NCBI GenBank assembly: GCA_026770705.1
Contig: JANJGN010000034.1
Location: 3,658,001 to 3,722,000, forward strand
Direction: 5' to 3'
Origin: Isurus oxyrinchus
Taxonomy: Eukaryota
Length of the DNA: 64,000 bases
Positions 41,301-56,300 of this stretch are shown here, one piece after another. Each line of letters starts with the position of its first letter. Positions within the stretch are counted from its first letter, which is position 1. A program made the translations under genes and the position numbers. The notes beneath the pieces are model-generated. The model was given only the letters and a program-made list of their open reading frames with translations, made no database searches and was not told the DNA's origin.

Positions 41301-44300
41301 AGTGATTCAGTCTTACAGAATGGCGTTGAAGACATCCTTTAGAAGGACATTTAATCTTATTTGCATCTCTCACTGTTTCTTCCACGTGGCAGTTAAAGTG
41401 CCGATTTATTGTTCATTTAGTCGAAATTGGGAAGCAGTAGGATCAGCGAATGTTTCTTTCTATTCATTAATGCTTAGACTAATGGCCTGAGACTTTACGC
41501 AGGGCCAATGGTCAGAAGTCCCAGGGAAAGCCCCTACAGAGTGCATAACACTCTGCAATTATGTTTTGTGCTCATGCCCTTCCAGTGAGAACATTCATAT
41601 TCAAGGATTGTGATGGTAGTGCTGAAACAGTGACTATAAGTTATACTTCAGGGTGAATTACAGTTTCATACTGCTCAAAGATATTCTGCGCGACAATACG
41701 CCCAATTTTAATTATCGTGCGCATATTAAAGTGAGATTCTCTTTGCAGCTGCACCGGGCATGTTGCAGATTCCTTAATAGCGATGTTGCTCTTAATGCTG
41801 GGCTGTCTGTTCAGGTTTAAACTTTTTTCTTTGCGTTTCCATTCCCTATCTTTATTTTGGATGTAACCAAAAGGCTTATTAGATAATTTCGGAGGAGGTT
41901 CAAATTCAAGACGTGGGTTTCTTTTTTTTTCTTCTTGCATCAAATGAAGGCCAGCCTGGGCAAGGATCATGGGCTTCCATCCCCAGGAAATTTCCATGAA
42001 TAGGATGAGTTCATATCACAGTTCAGTAGCTTAATGATCCTTATTGCTGATGCTAGATGTTAATTTCAGATCTGTTAATTAATTTTAAATTCCATCAGCT
42101 GCCTTGAGGTTACTAGCACTCCAAGATATTAATCCTGGTCTGGCCTCCCAGCACGCTGTGCCTGCTCGACACTTTAGCATGAAAAGCACTGATGCCATCG
42201 TTATGGATGTTACGGTCGTCGACCCCACCTAATCCCTTTGTGATTTTTTTAAACATCGCCAATGACAGCCATCAGTAGCCGAATAATATCACATGGATAT
42301 TAATATAACATTTCCAGACAGACAAATAGTTCTGCCCTTTAAACTATTTGGAACATCCAGATGTAGTTTAGTTTCTCTGCCGCAGAAAAAAAAGTTATTA
42401 AGTGCCAATTATACTCCATCTCCGCCATTGGCTTGGCTTGAATCAATCCCGTCAGGCGCTGTCATATTTGGAGGAGTCAAAAAACATCTATGATGCTATA
42501 AATTGATAATGCTAACGCCATTTTGCATAGGTATAAGTATAGAAAATTGCCAATTATTCACCGTCTGATGCCCAGGAATCATTCTTTCCGCTCAAGCTAA
42601 TCCAGCCCTGCTGATATTTCTCCAGTTATGGAAATTGTAACCCACGATTGCTTTAGAAACATCATTAGTTACAATACTCTTCTACTTTTGAGATCCTATG
42701 CTCCTGGATTCCATCAATACATTGCTACTACGGTGCAAACATCTTTCCTTCTTCAAAAATCTGCTTAGTAACAAAATATTGAAACGCCTGTTCAGGATTA
42801 CATTGTGCTCTCAGTGCACAATATCTGTAATGTGTCACAGCATTAATCGCCACCAATTTGAACCAATCGATGTCTGCCCTCTAATTCCATTAATTGAATA
42901 AAAATTTCCTGAGAATTGTTTCTTTTTCTTATTTCAACAAACTCTGAAGATGACAGTCAGGTGCAGTAAAAGTCGATTTTGGCAGGTGCATAGCTAATTG
43001 TTGTCTAAAAAATATGGTATAATGTCTGCGTAATTATTAGCAGCGGCGCCATTAACCTGTCTTTTGAATGGCATTCACGAATTATCATATTCTCATCTGA
43101 ACTCCACATCAAATGCAATTCAGATCAGGAGATGGCTGAGTGACATTTTCCAAGATTAAAAACATGAAGCATAATAGATTGCCACTGTAGTGACACTTAA
43201 TTGCATCATGTGCCAACATTGTGTTTCCAACCAAAATAATTATGAACCAGGACCATCAAGAAATGTTCTCTATTGCATTAAAATTCTCTTCTGTAAGGGA
43301 GAAGGTAACTCACTCTTAATATACCCTGGCATGTTTGACAATTATTAGAAGCAGTGCGGGAAATCTGATGTTATGGCCATAAGTGGCATTCAATCAAAGT
43401 GATGTCCTATAGCGGTGTCTGAACATTTCTTAGGAGGACCACAATTTAAGCTGCACTTAAAAACGGAGACAACAATGCTGTAATTCTAAGAGAGGGTTAA
43501 TGGGAGGGAACGTGAACATGCAAAGGGCCAGAATTGAATCAGTGCAATTACGTTGGTATGTAATTGATTGGCTAATGCTTTCCAACATTAATAGCCTTGC
43601 GGTTCTTAATAACAAGAATTATCATTTTGAAATGTGGTCTTACACGACTAAGACGCAACCAAAACCACCAAGTGAAGTTTTGAAAGACATAAAGAACGGG
43701 CTAAAGCATTGGTATTTTAAATGAATTCACATCTAAATATGAGATAAAATGGAAAGTTGGCAGGACTATCATTTTAATAGTAATGACTAAGCTGAAGAAC
43801 TAATTGGGATATTTTAGAAAACATATTGTGAAGAAATATCAATAGACATCCAAATGGTCCTCTGCCTAAGCTTTTGCCCCGTGCTACTGCGGTAAGGATG
43901 AAGAATCTACCCACTTTGCTAAGCTAAAAAGTGATCCATGCTCTCCGTTGTCAGCGATAAAACAGAGTTCCAAACGTACAAAGTTAACTTTAACATTTCT
44001 CGAGAGTTAATCACCTATACAGTAGCATTGCTTCAAAGAATAGTATTGAAAGACTACATTGGGCATAGGTGATTTTGGTATTATTTTACACAAAACACTG
44101 ACTGTCCGTGATAAACGTGTAGAAAATGCATTAGCAGCATCACTGCCTTTCTAACATTTCCACATTTTATGCTTAGTTTTCTAAATATATAAATTCCTCT
44201 CCTCAACAGTGTTCTGTTGTGCCGCTCCTGGTATGTGCTGTGATTGCTTTGACATTCGAATAATGTACCCACCTTGAAACACGTCCATTAGGAGTCACAA

Positions 44301-47300
44301 GAATAGTGTCCATTTGACAAAACTCAATCTATCAGGCAGCATTAATGAGACAGATGTATCAACCTAACAACCGTGAAAACCTTTAAGCAACCAGTTAGAA
44401 ATCTAAAAAAGTATGAAACACATTCATAGTGCTGTTGTTGAATATTTCTGCAAGGTTACCAGAGGGCAAAAAATAAAGGGGCATGGAATTGAATCATTTA
44501 AGGTTGTATTTGACTGAATATTAAATGGTTAATCATTTAAATAAATGTGTTCTTTCTTTAAATTATAAGATGTTGCCATACAGTATGGCAGGTGATGCAA
44601 TTCAGTCCACATTCAATAACATAGACAGTTTCCTGACTGTTACACAAATAACTTAGAATATATTTGCCATTACAAATGGCACTTTGACTGCGGATTCTCA
44701 TAGAAGGGGTTGCACAACTTAATGGTTTCCATTGAGACTTTTTCTCTTCGTTGACATTTTTGGCTGTCCTGCTGGTGGTGCTTATAAGAAATTATGGACT
44801 TTGTGCTTGGTCGATATACATTGAATAAGACATGTTCAGATAATAATATTTTCTTGCAGGTAATTATTATATGTTCATACAACCGCCAAACTCGGCGAAT
44901 AGGAAAAAATAACTATGAACTGGACATTTATTTCCGTGCTGCAGATCGCAGCTCATTATTTGGAAACCACCTTGGCTAATCTTCGAAAAAAGTCGCCATT
45001 GTTTTTTTTTTGTGTGTCGTTGAATGGATATAGACGTTTTCTTGTTAACCTAACATTTGATGGACGGTGGCAGAGACCTGCAGCAAACCTTCAGTATGTC
45101 ATTGGATTGATGGCCTACAAATGAGTCTTTGGAGGGAGATCCATAATTCATCCATGCACAGCCGAGCGTTCTGAAACATAATCATGGACAGATCTAAGCT
45201 GTGCTAAGCAGTGTGACATGGAAGACAGTGAATATCTGCCAATTCTTAAATGTTTCCTGCATCAATTTGCACTGAGACTGCTAAGGGAGCTTAGCACTTC
45301 CTTATATCTATCAAAGGATGAGCTATTAATCCATCGTTTTTCATTCTGAATTTAAACATTGGCAGTGGAACAGAAACATAATTACTCATGTGCGAATCTC
45401 TATTTGCTGCAATTCAATGTTCCTGTGCTCTGGCAACCACTAGCGTATTTATTTTCAATTTGGAGATGCTGCGACATCCTCATTATGGATCTGAAAGATT
45501 TTTGTAGGCACAGAATTTGGAAGAGTGTTTTCTCAGAGCAAATATTTTCTTACTAAAATGAGGGGCTTCCAACCAAGCAATCTTGCTTATAAGCCTGAAG
45601 TGAATGTTGCTGGGCTGCTGAACAGCTAGCTTCAGTCAAGTCAGCAATTAATTGTCCCGTATGCAACGTGGCCTTGTACAAAACACTGCATGAGATAACT
45701 GGATCATCTTTGCACTTTGTCTGCAGCTTCATTTTGTTTTCTTTTAAAACACGGTCATTTCAAGGAACCCGAATTAATGCAAGCAAATCGCACCTTTAGA
45801 TCATTAGGGACATTGTGTGGCAAATCAGACGCTATGCTGTCACATTTAGAAGTGTTTTTTTTTTAAATCTTCTGCCTTATGACAAATTGGGACGTGTTGT
45901 GCACCAAGGTTTCCTATATTGTGTCTATCGTTTCGGATGTATATATATATATGTGCAAATGTGCACTATAATCATAATATACGGTCATCAAACAACCAAA
46001 AAGAAGCCTGTATGTAGCTGCATTAGTTTAGTTTTCTAAGCCCGTTCAGATTTGAAATAACGAAACCATGTAAATTGTGAAAGCAAATTTTTAACTAGAT
46101 TCAAATTTCCGTACCTACCACATTCTTTTTGAGAAGTGGATAATTCTAGATCACAAAGAAAATAAGATGAATCACTTCTGTAATGTGCTCGTGATAATGA
46201 TATGTTCATTGATCCAAAAGTTGTTTATCCGAAACCGAAACACCAATATCCATGTCTAATTTACCAAACAATCCACCTATCATTAAGATGCTTATCAAAT
46301 GACCTAAAAGCCTTCCATTGCTGAGAGCAAAGCATTGGACGCTACGGTATGTTGCACAACACCTATAACATCGAGTTTATAATATACATCTTTGCATTTG
46401 TTATTCCGAAATCTCGAGTGAATAAATGCTGCTTTGCCTGTTTTGTAATGTGAATCATTTCATGACAGTATCGTGTTGTGTCGCGCTAACACTTTCTGAA
46501 ATGGCTTATTTTTCATAGCAGGTGTAACAGCTCAAAACAGGCCATCCAAGTGCCGTTGAAAGCCATCAGCAGCACTGAGAATCTGTACAACCACACGATC
46601 TAAACTCATCGCAAGGTATATCGCTGATGCTTACAATGAACGAATGAACTGTGGATCGATGCAAAGTAAAAGACGTCAAGACATTAGCAGCACGTACAAA
46701 TTCCATGTCAATCTGCTACAAACCAGTAGTGCTTGTATGCCGAACAGCGGAGGCAGCATGCGATAGGCAGAGGCAAGAAATCTTAGGACCAGCAGATCAG
46801 GTCAAAGCACTGCACTCCTGCAACATCCAGTTGTGAATTATAGTGCACAATTAAACAAAAAAATAGCTTGCTTAACTTGCTTAAGTCATAAACATATGAA
46901 TTTAGAAATTTGCACAAATGAAATTTCGGAAGGCAACATTATTTCCAAGAGCTTTATTATGTTGTGTTCCTTTCAACGAAGTCTCCAAAACGCAATCAGA
47001 TCCTATCACGAGCGATCCATCCAGACACTCCATCCCCCTGCACTGTCGTGCTGAATTGTGTGTTTGATGGATAGGTATCATTAAACTGATTTTACTTTGC
47101 ATTCGTTATCTATTGTCCATGTCTCTATTGCCCTGTCTACACACTTATTTCGGAGCAGAGGAACAAACAATTATGATTCCAGAACTCAGCCCAGTAGTTC
47201 GCTTTTACGTTGATAACTCTATAAATTCCATGCGAATTAACACTGCAAAGAAAAATGCCTTAATGTTGCTGACACATTGACTTTTTTATTTTCTCCGCTT

Positions 47301-50300
47301 GTCAGCCCAAATATTGCTTACTGAAATTCTATATAAAAATCCTCTGCAAATTTAGGGATGGTTTTGGTCATTGAACCCGTTTCACACCAACATTTTTTTT
47401 GGTCAGTAAGAAAACAGATGATTAGCTTCGTAATCTATTTTTGATGAAACCAACTCACAACATCAATGAACCCAAACATTGCTTTTGGCTCTGACGTTCG
47501 TTTTCTCCACTTGTAATGTAATCGAGGTTTCCAATATGCTCTTCCAGCACACTATTGATGATCAACTTACACTATGTCAAAAATGCTTCCATCTAATAAC
47601 AATGTACTGAAAGACTTCAGTAGAATTCTAAGTACATTTGCACACTTTCCATTTTTGGTCTTACTGCGAAATATAGAATTGTTATCTAAGTTCAAAGGAC
47701 CGAATTTCGGTTCTGAGTCATTTAATAATCTTGGCCTGGAAATGAATTAGCGTTTGCAGAATGTTGACTATATTATGAAATAAACGGTTTTGCCACATTA
47801 ATATCCTGGGTTGGAACCTAACCACAACAATTATGGCGCCAGTGATTATGTCGCATCACACTAACTCTTTACTGATTTCGCCTCTACAACTCTCCACAAT
47901 TTTTGCTCTTTTTGGATCTTTGTTCGACGTGATGTTCCATTTGCTGGAAGCACCTGCAGTGACTCATCCATGTGCCATATCTTACCTGACATCTAGAATC
48001 TCAGTCATACTTTTTAGAGGTTTCTTGACATCGATTGTTCTTGTCCAAACTTATAAAAATATGCCTGATATAAACATCCTGGTGTAGTCTTAATTTGGGC
48101 ATTTCTGTTGCATTAATGTGAATGTATTTTATTAACGTCATAATTAACATTTTCATCATAATCATCGTTATCATTAATCTTGCTAATTGCAACGTTACGG
48201 CAAAGCAAAGATATCTCGCCTGATTATTCAAGTGGATAAAGCAGGAAGCTCGTTTTTATCACCTACATTCTTTCACTTCACATGTTACCTCCGCTGCTGA
48301 GAGCAAATAAATACTCTGCTGCACACAGATTTTCAAACTGGGCCACGACCTCCAGAGCGCACCTTCCCCTTTGTCTACAAGGGCAGATGCAAAGGGGATG
48401 CTAATATTGTCCATGGGAATGGGAAGACAATAGCTGAGCAGTGTGACACCTGGAGACTTAATTATTGGAAGGGTGCCGACAGAGCCAAGTTGATATGAGA
48501 TTCTCATGGGTCCAAGGTGAAAGAAAATCGAAAACAGAGGGCCCTGACATGTGTAAAACCTCAGCCCTTTTGCTTCAACTGCAGCAAATGAAAAACATTC
48601 TGCAAAGACATAGTGCAGCTCCTCTATCAAGCCAGGCGTTGGTTGACACAGATTTGAAGAAAAGAAGCAACTGATATTATGAGGAGAAGAAAGGGTGTGG
48701 CAGAGTGTTTGGAAAGGATATTGTGCCATTTTTAAAATTAAATCTCCAGTACCATATCCAACATCATTGAATGCAATCTAAAGTCTTGATATCCATAATG
48801 TTGTGAGTTTATACGTGGACAAACACTATTTTTGTTTTCGAATCGGTCGCTATCCTGCGGTGCTTTTCATTCTGAGTAGTTGCATAGGTTATCGGCAATG
48901 GGATGATCCTAGCTGCCCACGGCATGAGTGGCAGATGTGGATAAAAGCTCGATTTCTGGAGGGAGCATTGCATTACTTCAAAGTTCAGAAAAAATGTATT
49001 CATTATTATTATTAATATTGTTATTATTATTATCATCATTTTATTATGCGTATGATGATTATTATTATCGTTGTTCTTATACACATATTATAATTTTAAA
49101 TGATTGAGGTCAATAAAGAGGAATATGCTCATTTATCGCCTGCTATGTCCTGAGAACTGATGTGTCTTCTTTAATTGACGGAAAACGGAAAAAAAAAAAT
49201 CACTTCTGCTACCCATTGTCATGAACAATTTCACCCTAAATAAGACAACCAAAGCAAAAGATCATAGTTCACGATGAATCTTTGCCCCGTTCATTTGTCG
49301 ACTTCGACTCAAAATGACAGATAAAAATTGAATTTTAATTTCACAATGTTCTCCGAAACTAAATGTGCACATGGTACTACCTCCTATTTCAAATGACATC
49401 CATCTCGATGTATCCATATGAAGAAATGCAAACAGGGTGCTCCAATGGTGAATTCCTGCTTTGTATGCTCGTATGAAAAGTGAACTCGGCCTATTCATAA
49501 CGAGAGCTTCTCCTTTCATAAGCATATGGATAAGTTGCCCCGCAGGAACCAGCAATGACTGTCTAGGTAAGCAAATATTCGAAGGTATGCTTGAGAAGAT
49601 GGATATCTCTCTGCCAGCTCTTGAATATCTTCATGGTCCAGTTCCCTCATAATTGCTGTGTTGTAAACATATTGCTAAAAGCTGTAAGAAAACAATTGCT
49701 GTTGGTATGTCTCCCCTTATGCTCCTCAGGAGGGAAGCAATTTTGGCAAAATTCAAAAGGAGTAACAATGCTAACTGTAACAGAAAAGGGTGCTGTTTGG
49801 TTGGCAAATCGAAGTTGAGCGTTCGAGACATTTCCATGAGATTCCACCAGGGAAAATCGTTTACCCTATTATGTTGATTTTTAAACATGGAATTTTGCAA
49901 TGTGTATGTATGGGTCTTTTACCTGCAGAGGAATAGGCTATGCGTATAAACATATGCAGCTTCAAGCAAGGATATGTGAGCCACTTTCCAAGGTTAGCTC
50001 AAATATTCAATTATTTTTTTTTATTTTCTGGCACTGTAACATTTAACACACTTAGAATTGCTCAGCCAGTGCTGTTCTGTCATGGAAAAAAAAAAGCGCT
50101 TCGCCAAATAATCAAATTAGAAATTCAACACTGTACACTCAGGATCTTCCCTGGATCAATTCCTGTTCGAAATAGTTATAGCTGACCAGAAGTGAGGCAT
50201 CGAGAAACTCTTCAGTAGGCAGCACCATGACACAGAGAGCAGAGCAAGCTTAATGATTGATTAATATTGCAAACTTATGTGGACACAAAGTTTCAGAAGA

Positions 50301-53300
50301 GCCCAAAGTGATCTATTATCCGTAACATTAAGATGTGTGCAAAAATGCTTGGAAATGAAGCATAACAACCGTTTTGAAATATGCAACCAGCGAATTCTTC
50401 AACTGCATTACCATTGACGTTTTCTTCAAGTTTTCCTTCTGGTAGGAGGAAGAGACATTTCAGGAGAAGTTCGAATTAATGCAAGGCACTTGCTTTTTTA
50501 TCCAACAGAGAGGAACGTAACCAGTCTGTAGCTAAATTGTTATATGTACAAACACGCTATTACATCCATTACTCTGGACCAATTTTTCGGGAACTGTGTT
50601 TCATTGTCCCTTCATTATTGGCTGATATTTTTGCATGAGATCCTGGTATGTTGTACAGGTGCATACAAAAATATCAAGTTAATGATTCGCTGTGTGTGTT
50701 AAATTCGCAATTCCACACTCTTCAGGTTGAAAGTTCTATAATTAACTTCTAGAATTTTCTTACTTTGTTTGAAGATCAAATAATTGGGTTTGTACGTTTT
50801 GTGTTTGACAGTGTTATACATGTTCACAGCAATTTTCTTACCTAAATCTTTTATCGATTCGTTGCACTTGGCTAATTCTGCAACAACAAAAAAAATAATT
50901 GCTTTGTGTTTCTACTGAATATTTAGTTTGAATCATAAGCAGGCCCATAAGAAAAACAAATGTGCAACGCAATTTTTCGTTGTGATGCAGGAATAATCCA
51001 TTCATTTATCTGGATCTTTTTATTGTTGTGTGGAATTCAGCCAATACGCAATTTGATGGTATTAAGATAGCCTTCGATGCAACTCTTCCTCCTTGCATCA
51101 TGTTTGCATGCAGCAGGTCTATCTATGTCAACTAATGCTTGTGCTTATCAGTTATATATTCTACTTGCTATTTGTGTAAATTCATTTATTTCGGAGGTCA
51201 TAACGTATCAATCAGTGATTGCCTTATATCGGTCTCTCAAAATTGTTCTCATTCCACTTAAGAATATATTTCCTTCCGTCACCCATGTGAAGAAAAAGAA
51301 GAAACAAGGGAATTATACAAGGCTGATGTAGCATACCTGATAAGCATGTCCATTCTGGTCTTATGGAACATTACTGATACATCGCATTGTTTTGACAATG
51401 TATTGTACAACAGGGAAGTAAACCATGCACAGTGAATATCTGTTATGCTTACTAATGTGCTGTAAATATTAACACAACTTCCATACGTGTACAAGTCTAT
51501 CTTCTAAAATTATTCAGCTGAATCATGTCTTTCAGGGATAGTTTTCATTAATCCGCAAATTTTTGCCAGTGGTTATTCGTTTTGTGTGTCTATCTTTTAC
51601 TATTCTTTTGCTTTCATTTATTCCACAAAAGAGCAACAATTTATCTCTAAACCTGAAGTCTTCTACATGTTCCGTGACACTGATGAGGACTGAAATAGCC
51701 CACAGGTTCACACTGCTCAAAAAAAAATGTATGCTTCATCAGTTCTGACACCTTGCCAATGATTTTTTTCCCCTTTATATTCTCAAATATTGGATCAGGA
51801 AAACTGCTGCACAAATGTTCTTCAAATCTGACGGAACTGTCAGCCCAAACTCAATTTTCTCAACCATCTTGTGACCAATAGCACAGGTTGGAAAAAGAAA
51901 AACAAGTCACGTGTGCACTCAGCAATCTGTCGATATTGAACTCTTCGCCAATACCTCAGAGGTCGAATCTTACTTTTGTGCCTGATGTTCGTGTTCCTCG
52001 CTTATACTGTTACTGCAATTGTAAAGGCCAGGTCAACACGTTATTAGAGACGTATCATTGGTATTCTACTGTCAACGCTTTGATTTAATCTATTTTTAGC
52101 ATCCGGATGTACGTCTCTTCATCGAGCAAAAGTACATTCCACACACTTTCCGTAGTAATTAGACATATACAAACATTATCCAATTTCAAACCACGCTATT
52201 TATTTTTTGGTTAAATGAATAACTCCGAGCAAAGAATAAATCAGCGGATTCAGGAATTTGACGATCGTATAAATTGAGCAACTGCACCTCAAGAATTCAT
52301 TAATTGAAATATAATGCATATCATATATGGAGTCTCCAAGGGCGCGCCTTCTCAATGATTTAATGTCTAAAGACCTAAAACCCTCCAATTCTGGCGCTGG
52401 CAAAATGTAGGCCTTTTTCGAATCAGGGTTCTTTATCGAGCCGGAGTGAAAATCTGCAGACCCCTACACTCGAAAATGATCTTCCCTGACCTCTGCATTT
52501 CTCTCCTCCCATAAGAGGATCCTCAAAACGATTTCTTTAAATCATACGCTCTAATATTTATAACCTGATGTATTGCCTCATCCATGTTTCAGCTCAGGCC
52601 CCGTCNNNNNNNNNNNNNNNNNNNNNNNNNNNNNNNNNNNNNNNNNNNNNNNNNNNNNNNNNNNNNNNNNNNNNNNNNNNNNNNNNNNNNNNNNNNNNNN
52701 NNNNNNNNNNNNNNNNNNNNNNNNNNNNNNNNNNNNNNNNNNNNNNNNNNNNNNNNNNNNNNNGAGTTCAACTTTTATGAAAAGCGCAAATAGATAAAAG
52801 AGCAGAGAACTTGTATTAGACACCTACCTCTTCTGACTTCATGGATTGTGCCCTCTGTTGAAGGCAATTAAGATATGACCTATTTGCAACAACGCTTTAC
52901 TTTCAATATACGTTAGTAACAAAAGTTTCACAAAGATGCAGTTATACTATTCAAGTTACTGTTGTGATCCCCAGGCACATTCTTAGAACAGTGGAATCGA
53001 AAACTCATGTTCGCTTTCCTTTTTTGTTAAGATCGTTACAGATTTAGAGAATACCGAAAACCGAGGGTGTTGGCAGAAAATTAAAGAAGAAAATGAAAAT
53101 GTTGTCAATAAGTTTGAAAAATATACATGTGGTGGGCGTGAGATGTGGGTGCGCAATTTCAAGGAAGAGGCACATACATTGCCACGTTTTGTTCATGAAA
53201 ATAAAAAGCTCATGTTACTGCAAATTACGAATCTAAATCGGATAGTGTAGCAAAATGATGCGGGGATCTGAAAAACCACATTGCTGAAAATGTCGGATGA

Positions 53301-56300
53301 GATTAGTAAGACTGTGTAGAAGCTACTCATGGGCTACATTTATTTCAGGGAATCACAGCATTGAAAAAAGGAAAGTTATGCTCAACTTGTCTCGAGCATG
53401 TACACTGGGACCAGTCAAAGACTGGAACCATTCCCTCAGTTTGTCTCTCCAAAGATACTGTGAACTGACCCGCCCTGGTCTCTTATAATTATGGATATCC
53501 ATAAGTGCATTAACTTATTTTATTCGTTATGCAACGTAAGTGGATTGTGTATAAAACTCTTTGGTTTATATATTGGAAATATATCGTGATAATTTTGAAT
53601 CTTCCTGATGCCTGAAGTTGTCACAAGTGACGTGAACAAAAGTTTGAAATATGTTGCTAATTAGATGCAGAGGGAATTTGTTGGGAAGCTAGGATAAATA
53701 TCAGATAGAGAAATGAGAAAAAATGCTTATACCCAGCGTTCATTAAAAAAGTAGAATACAGCAATAGTGGAACTGTCTGATTTAAATTCGAACAGCTGCC
53801 TTTGGGGGGCAGCTGAAGAACACGTGAAGCAATTGAATGGAGGGTTTTGCCTATTAGGTAGATGAACAAAGTTAGGGACACAGGTAAGGGAGCATGAACG
53901 TTGGCTTGTAGTAATTAGGCTTAATGTGCTATTTCTGTGGAGTACATTGTAAATTATTCTATCTCAGCTGCATGGAGTTATATATGAATAAATGCCACTA
54001 GTTGCCTCCTTCGAGGTCATTGCATTAAGGTATCCATGCCAACACCAGTTCGCCAAACACCTTTTCTCTCTTTGAAATGGCTGGCTCTGACTCAAAATAA
54101 TTTCATCATCAAAACAGAAAGGCCATTATTGGTTTCATGTCACAGCTTGCAAGATAAATAAAGAAAGGCTTCTTTTTCAAATCACAACTTGACTGTATCT
54201 CGATAAATGTCTCCCGCCTTAGTATTCTCCAAACGTGCTGTATTTCTGCAATTCTGGTGTCCCCTGTAGACCAATTTTAATTGCTCAAACATTGTCGATC
54301 ATGCATTCAGATCCCTTATCTTTTAACATTTCTCGAAAAATCTCATTGCTATTCTTTCTCCTCGCCAACAGGCCAAATCCCTTCCCCAACCCCACCACCA
54401 ACTCTCACTCTGTGCCAGTCTGAGGAGCAAGTTCCAGCCTTTTTTTGCTGACCCATATCAATATAATATGTCAGTTAAAAACTTAACGCCATAGCCAGCT
54501 ATGTGAGTGCAGCCTGTTTTGTGAAATTTTACCCTTGAAACAGCTTTAAAAGTTGTAGGTGTAACAGAAATACATGATGCTACATGTGCTCATTCAGTTT
54601 TTTTATTTGACCCAGTTTGGCGCCAGTTCAAACCTAATCCAACAGGATGTCACTGATAAAACATTCACCAGAAAATGAAAATACATGGTCATGCATTGAA
54701 GCATCAGAAATGTATTTATATATATCCTCTTCTCACCTAACCTCTTGACCACATCTTTTCCATTTGTCAACTCTGTAAGAGAACCATGTGTCCAATAATT
54801 AGTTGAAGAACAAATAGTCGTCTGGTCGTGCATGGTTCGAGTATTTCTCAAAAAGAGACATGAAGCTCATTCGATGTGCTCATTAGGAAAAATTGCAGGT
54901 TTGCAAATAGCAAGCAAATTGCACTGCATGAGAAGGAAGTGCTGATTGGTTGGGGAATTGACCTATTACAAGGTGTGTTGCAATGACGAATGCAGCAGGG
55001 GACTTCTAGAAGCCAAGCAACATTTCAAATACAAACTAGGTTGGCCAAATCTAATTCGCAGTCAAATGGTGAAAATGTATTTTCTGTTTTCCTGCTATGG
55101 ACATGAAGATTACTAAATAAGCCTTTCCGTTAATTGGTTGCAAAATCAAACACGCTATTTTGCCAGCAACTCTGATGTACAATTTATTCTTATGTGAGAC
55201 AGCGGACTGGGAAATATGAGCTTCATATCAAGGTTAACATCATGGATCAAATTTTGCATTTCCAGAACCTCCGTCAAGATGCATAAAAATGATCTGTTTC
55301 CAACCTGGTTTTGGAATTGCTGGCAAAACGCTTGTGAACAGGTTGTTTGATCTTCCATACCTATTGAGTTCCGGGGTATTTTAACTGAGACATATCCCGC
55401 TGGGGAACCCCTATACCCCCAACCACGGACGACCCCCCGTAAAGTTTGCACAGCAAATGTTCCTTGGACAGTTGCCCTGCCTTTGCAACCAATGGAAAAA
55501 GCTATATAATTCACAGAGTACGAATTGTTTGAACGACCTTGCCAGAAAAGTTGTTCAGGATTGTTTGATGTAATAAGAACAGTCTATTCCTTATATAAAC
55601 GCAGTGCTACAATAGTGAAACTCCAGCCAACGGAACCCTCTAGCAACCGGATATTCACGAAAAACCCACCACTCCTGCACTGATCGAAAAAAAAACAAAG
55701 GAAAACCGTGTCCTGCCTTCTGCATTCACCACCCCAGGACCAGCTGGTTAGAACCCCCATGCTCCAATCCTATTCGCTTGTGATACAAACTTATCTTCTC
55801 CCCTACTTCTGAATGTGTTGCATCCCACGGGGGTGCATGCCATTTCATCATTAAACATCATGGATCGTTCCATATGTTCACCTTTTCCGGTTGCTTCTAA
55901 ATTTACTTCTATTCTGAAGCGCACACATACACATGAAACATCGGCTTTTTGCAGGCAGCTCTGTTAGAAAGGAACATGCCAAATACGGTATTCCAATGCA
56001 ACTCCCTCTCCTTTCATTCCAACTGGTGCAGCACCCGGATTTGGACGGTGCTGTCGAAGGACACTTCATGAGTATGGCCGTGCATCCTGTAACTTTATAC
56101 TTGGTATATTTCAAAAGTTTGAAACACTTCTTTCTTCTAACTCGTCCATAATGGTGTGCATACGTCAATGGCCTTTCCACAATGATACTGCATCTCAGCT
56201 CATCAACATATTCTTATTTCACTTTTGGCAACTTTTTTCCCTCCTTCCGGTGTACTGTTCAAGATTTTAACTATTAGTTATGCGATTTGTTTTGGAGGCT

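Larger units (their letters stand above)
38985..42150 (-). mobile_element. Decayed CR1-group (Zenon-like) LINE 5' half, split by the young Penelope insertion
   Basis: VPSITGISL-like linker near 39120-39160; continues after 41067 with APE remnants and a SINE-like head at about 41850-42150, collinear with 4000-4677. Confidence 0.6.

Noticed and set aside
48259-48729. 156-aa minus-strand ORF
   Set aside because: No recognisable domain (not Ig, lectin or B30.2), non-ATG start, compatible with chance.
52565-52605. TGPELK-like sequence next to the gap resembling the 36-type exon start
   Set aside because: No AG at the expected place, in-frame stop, context lost in the gap.
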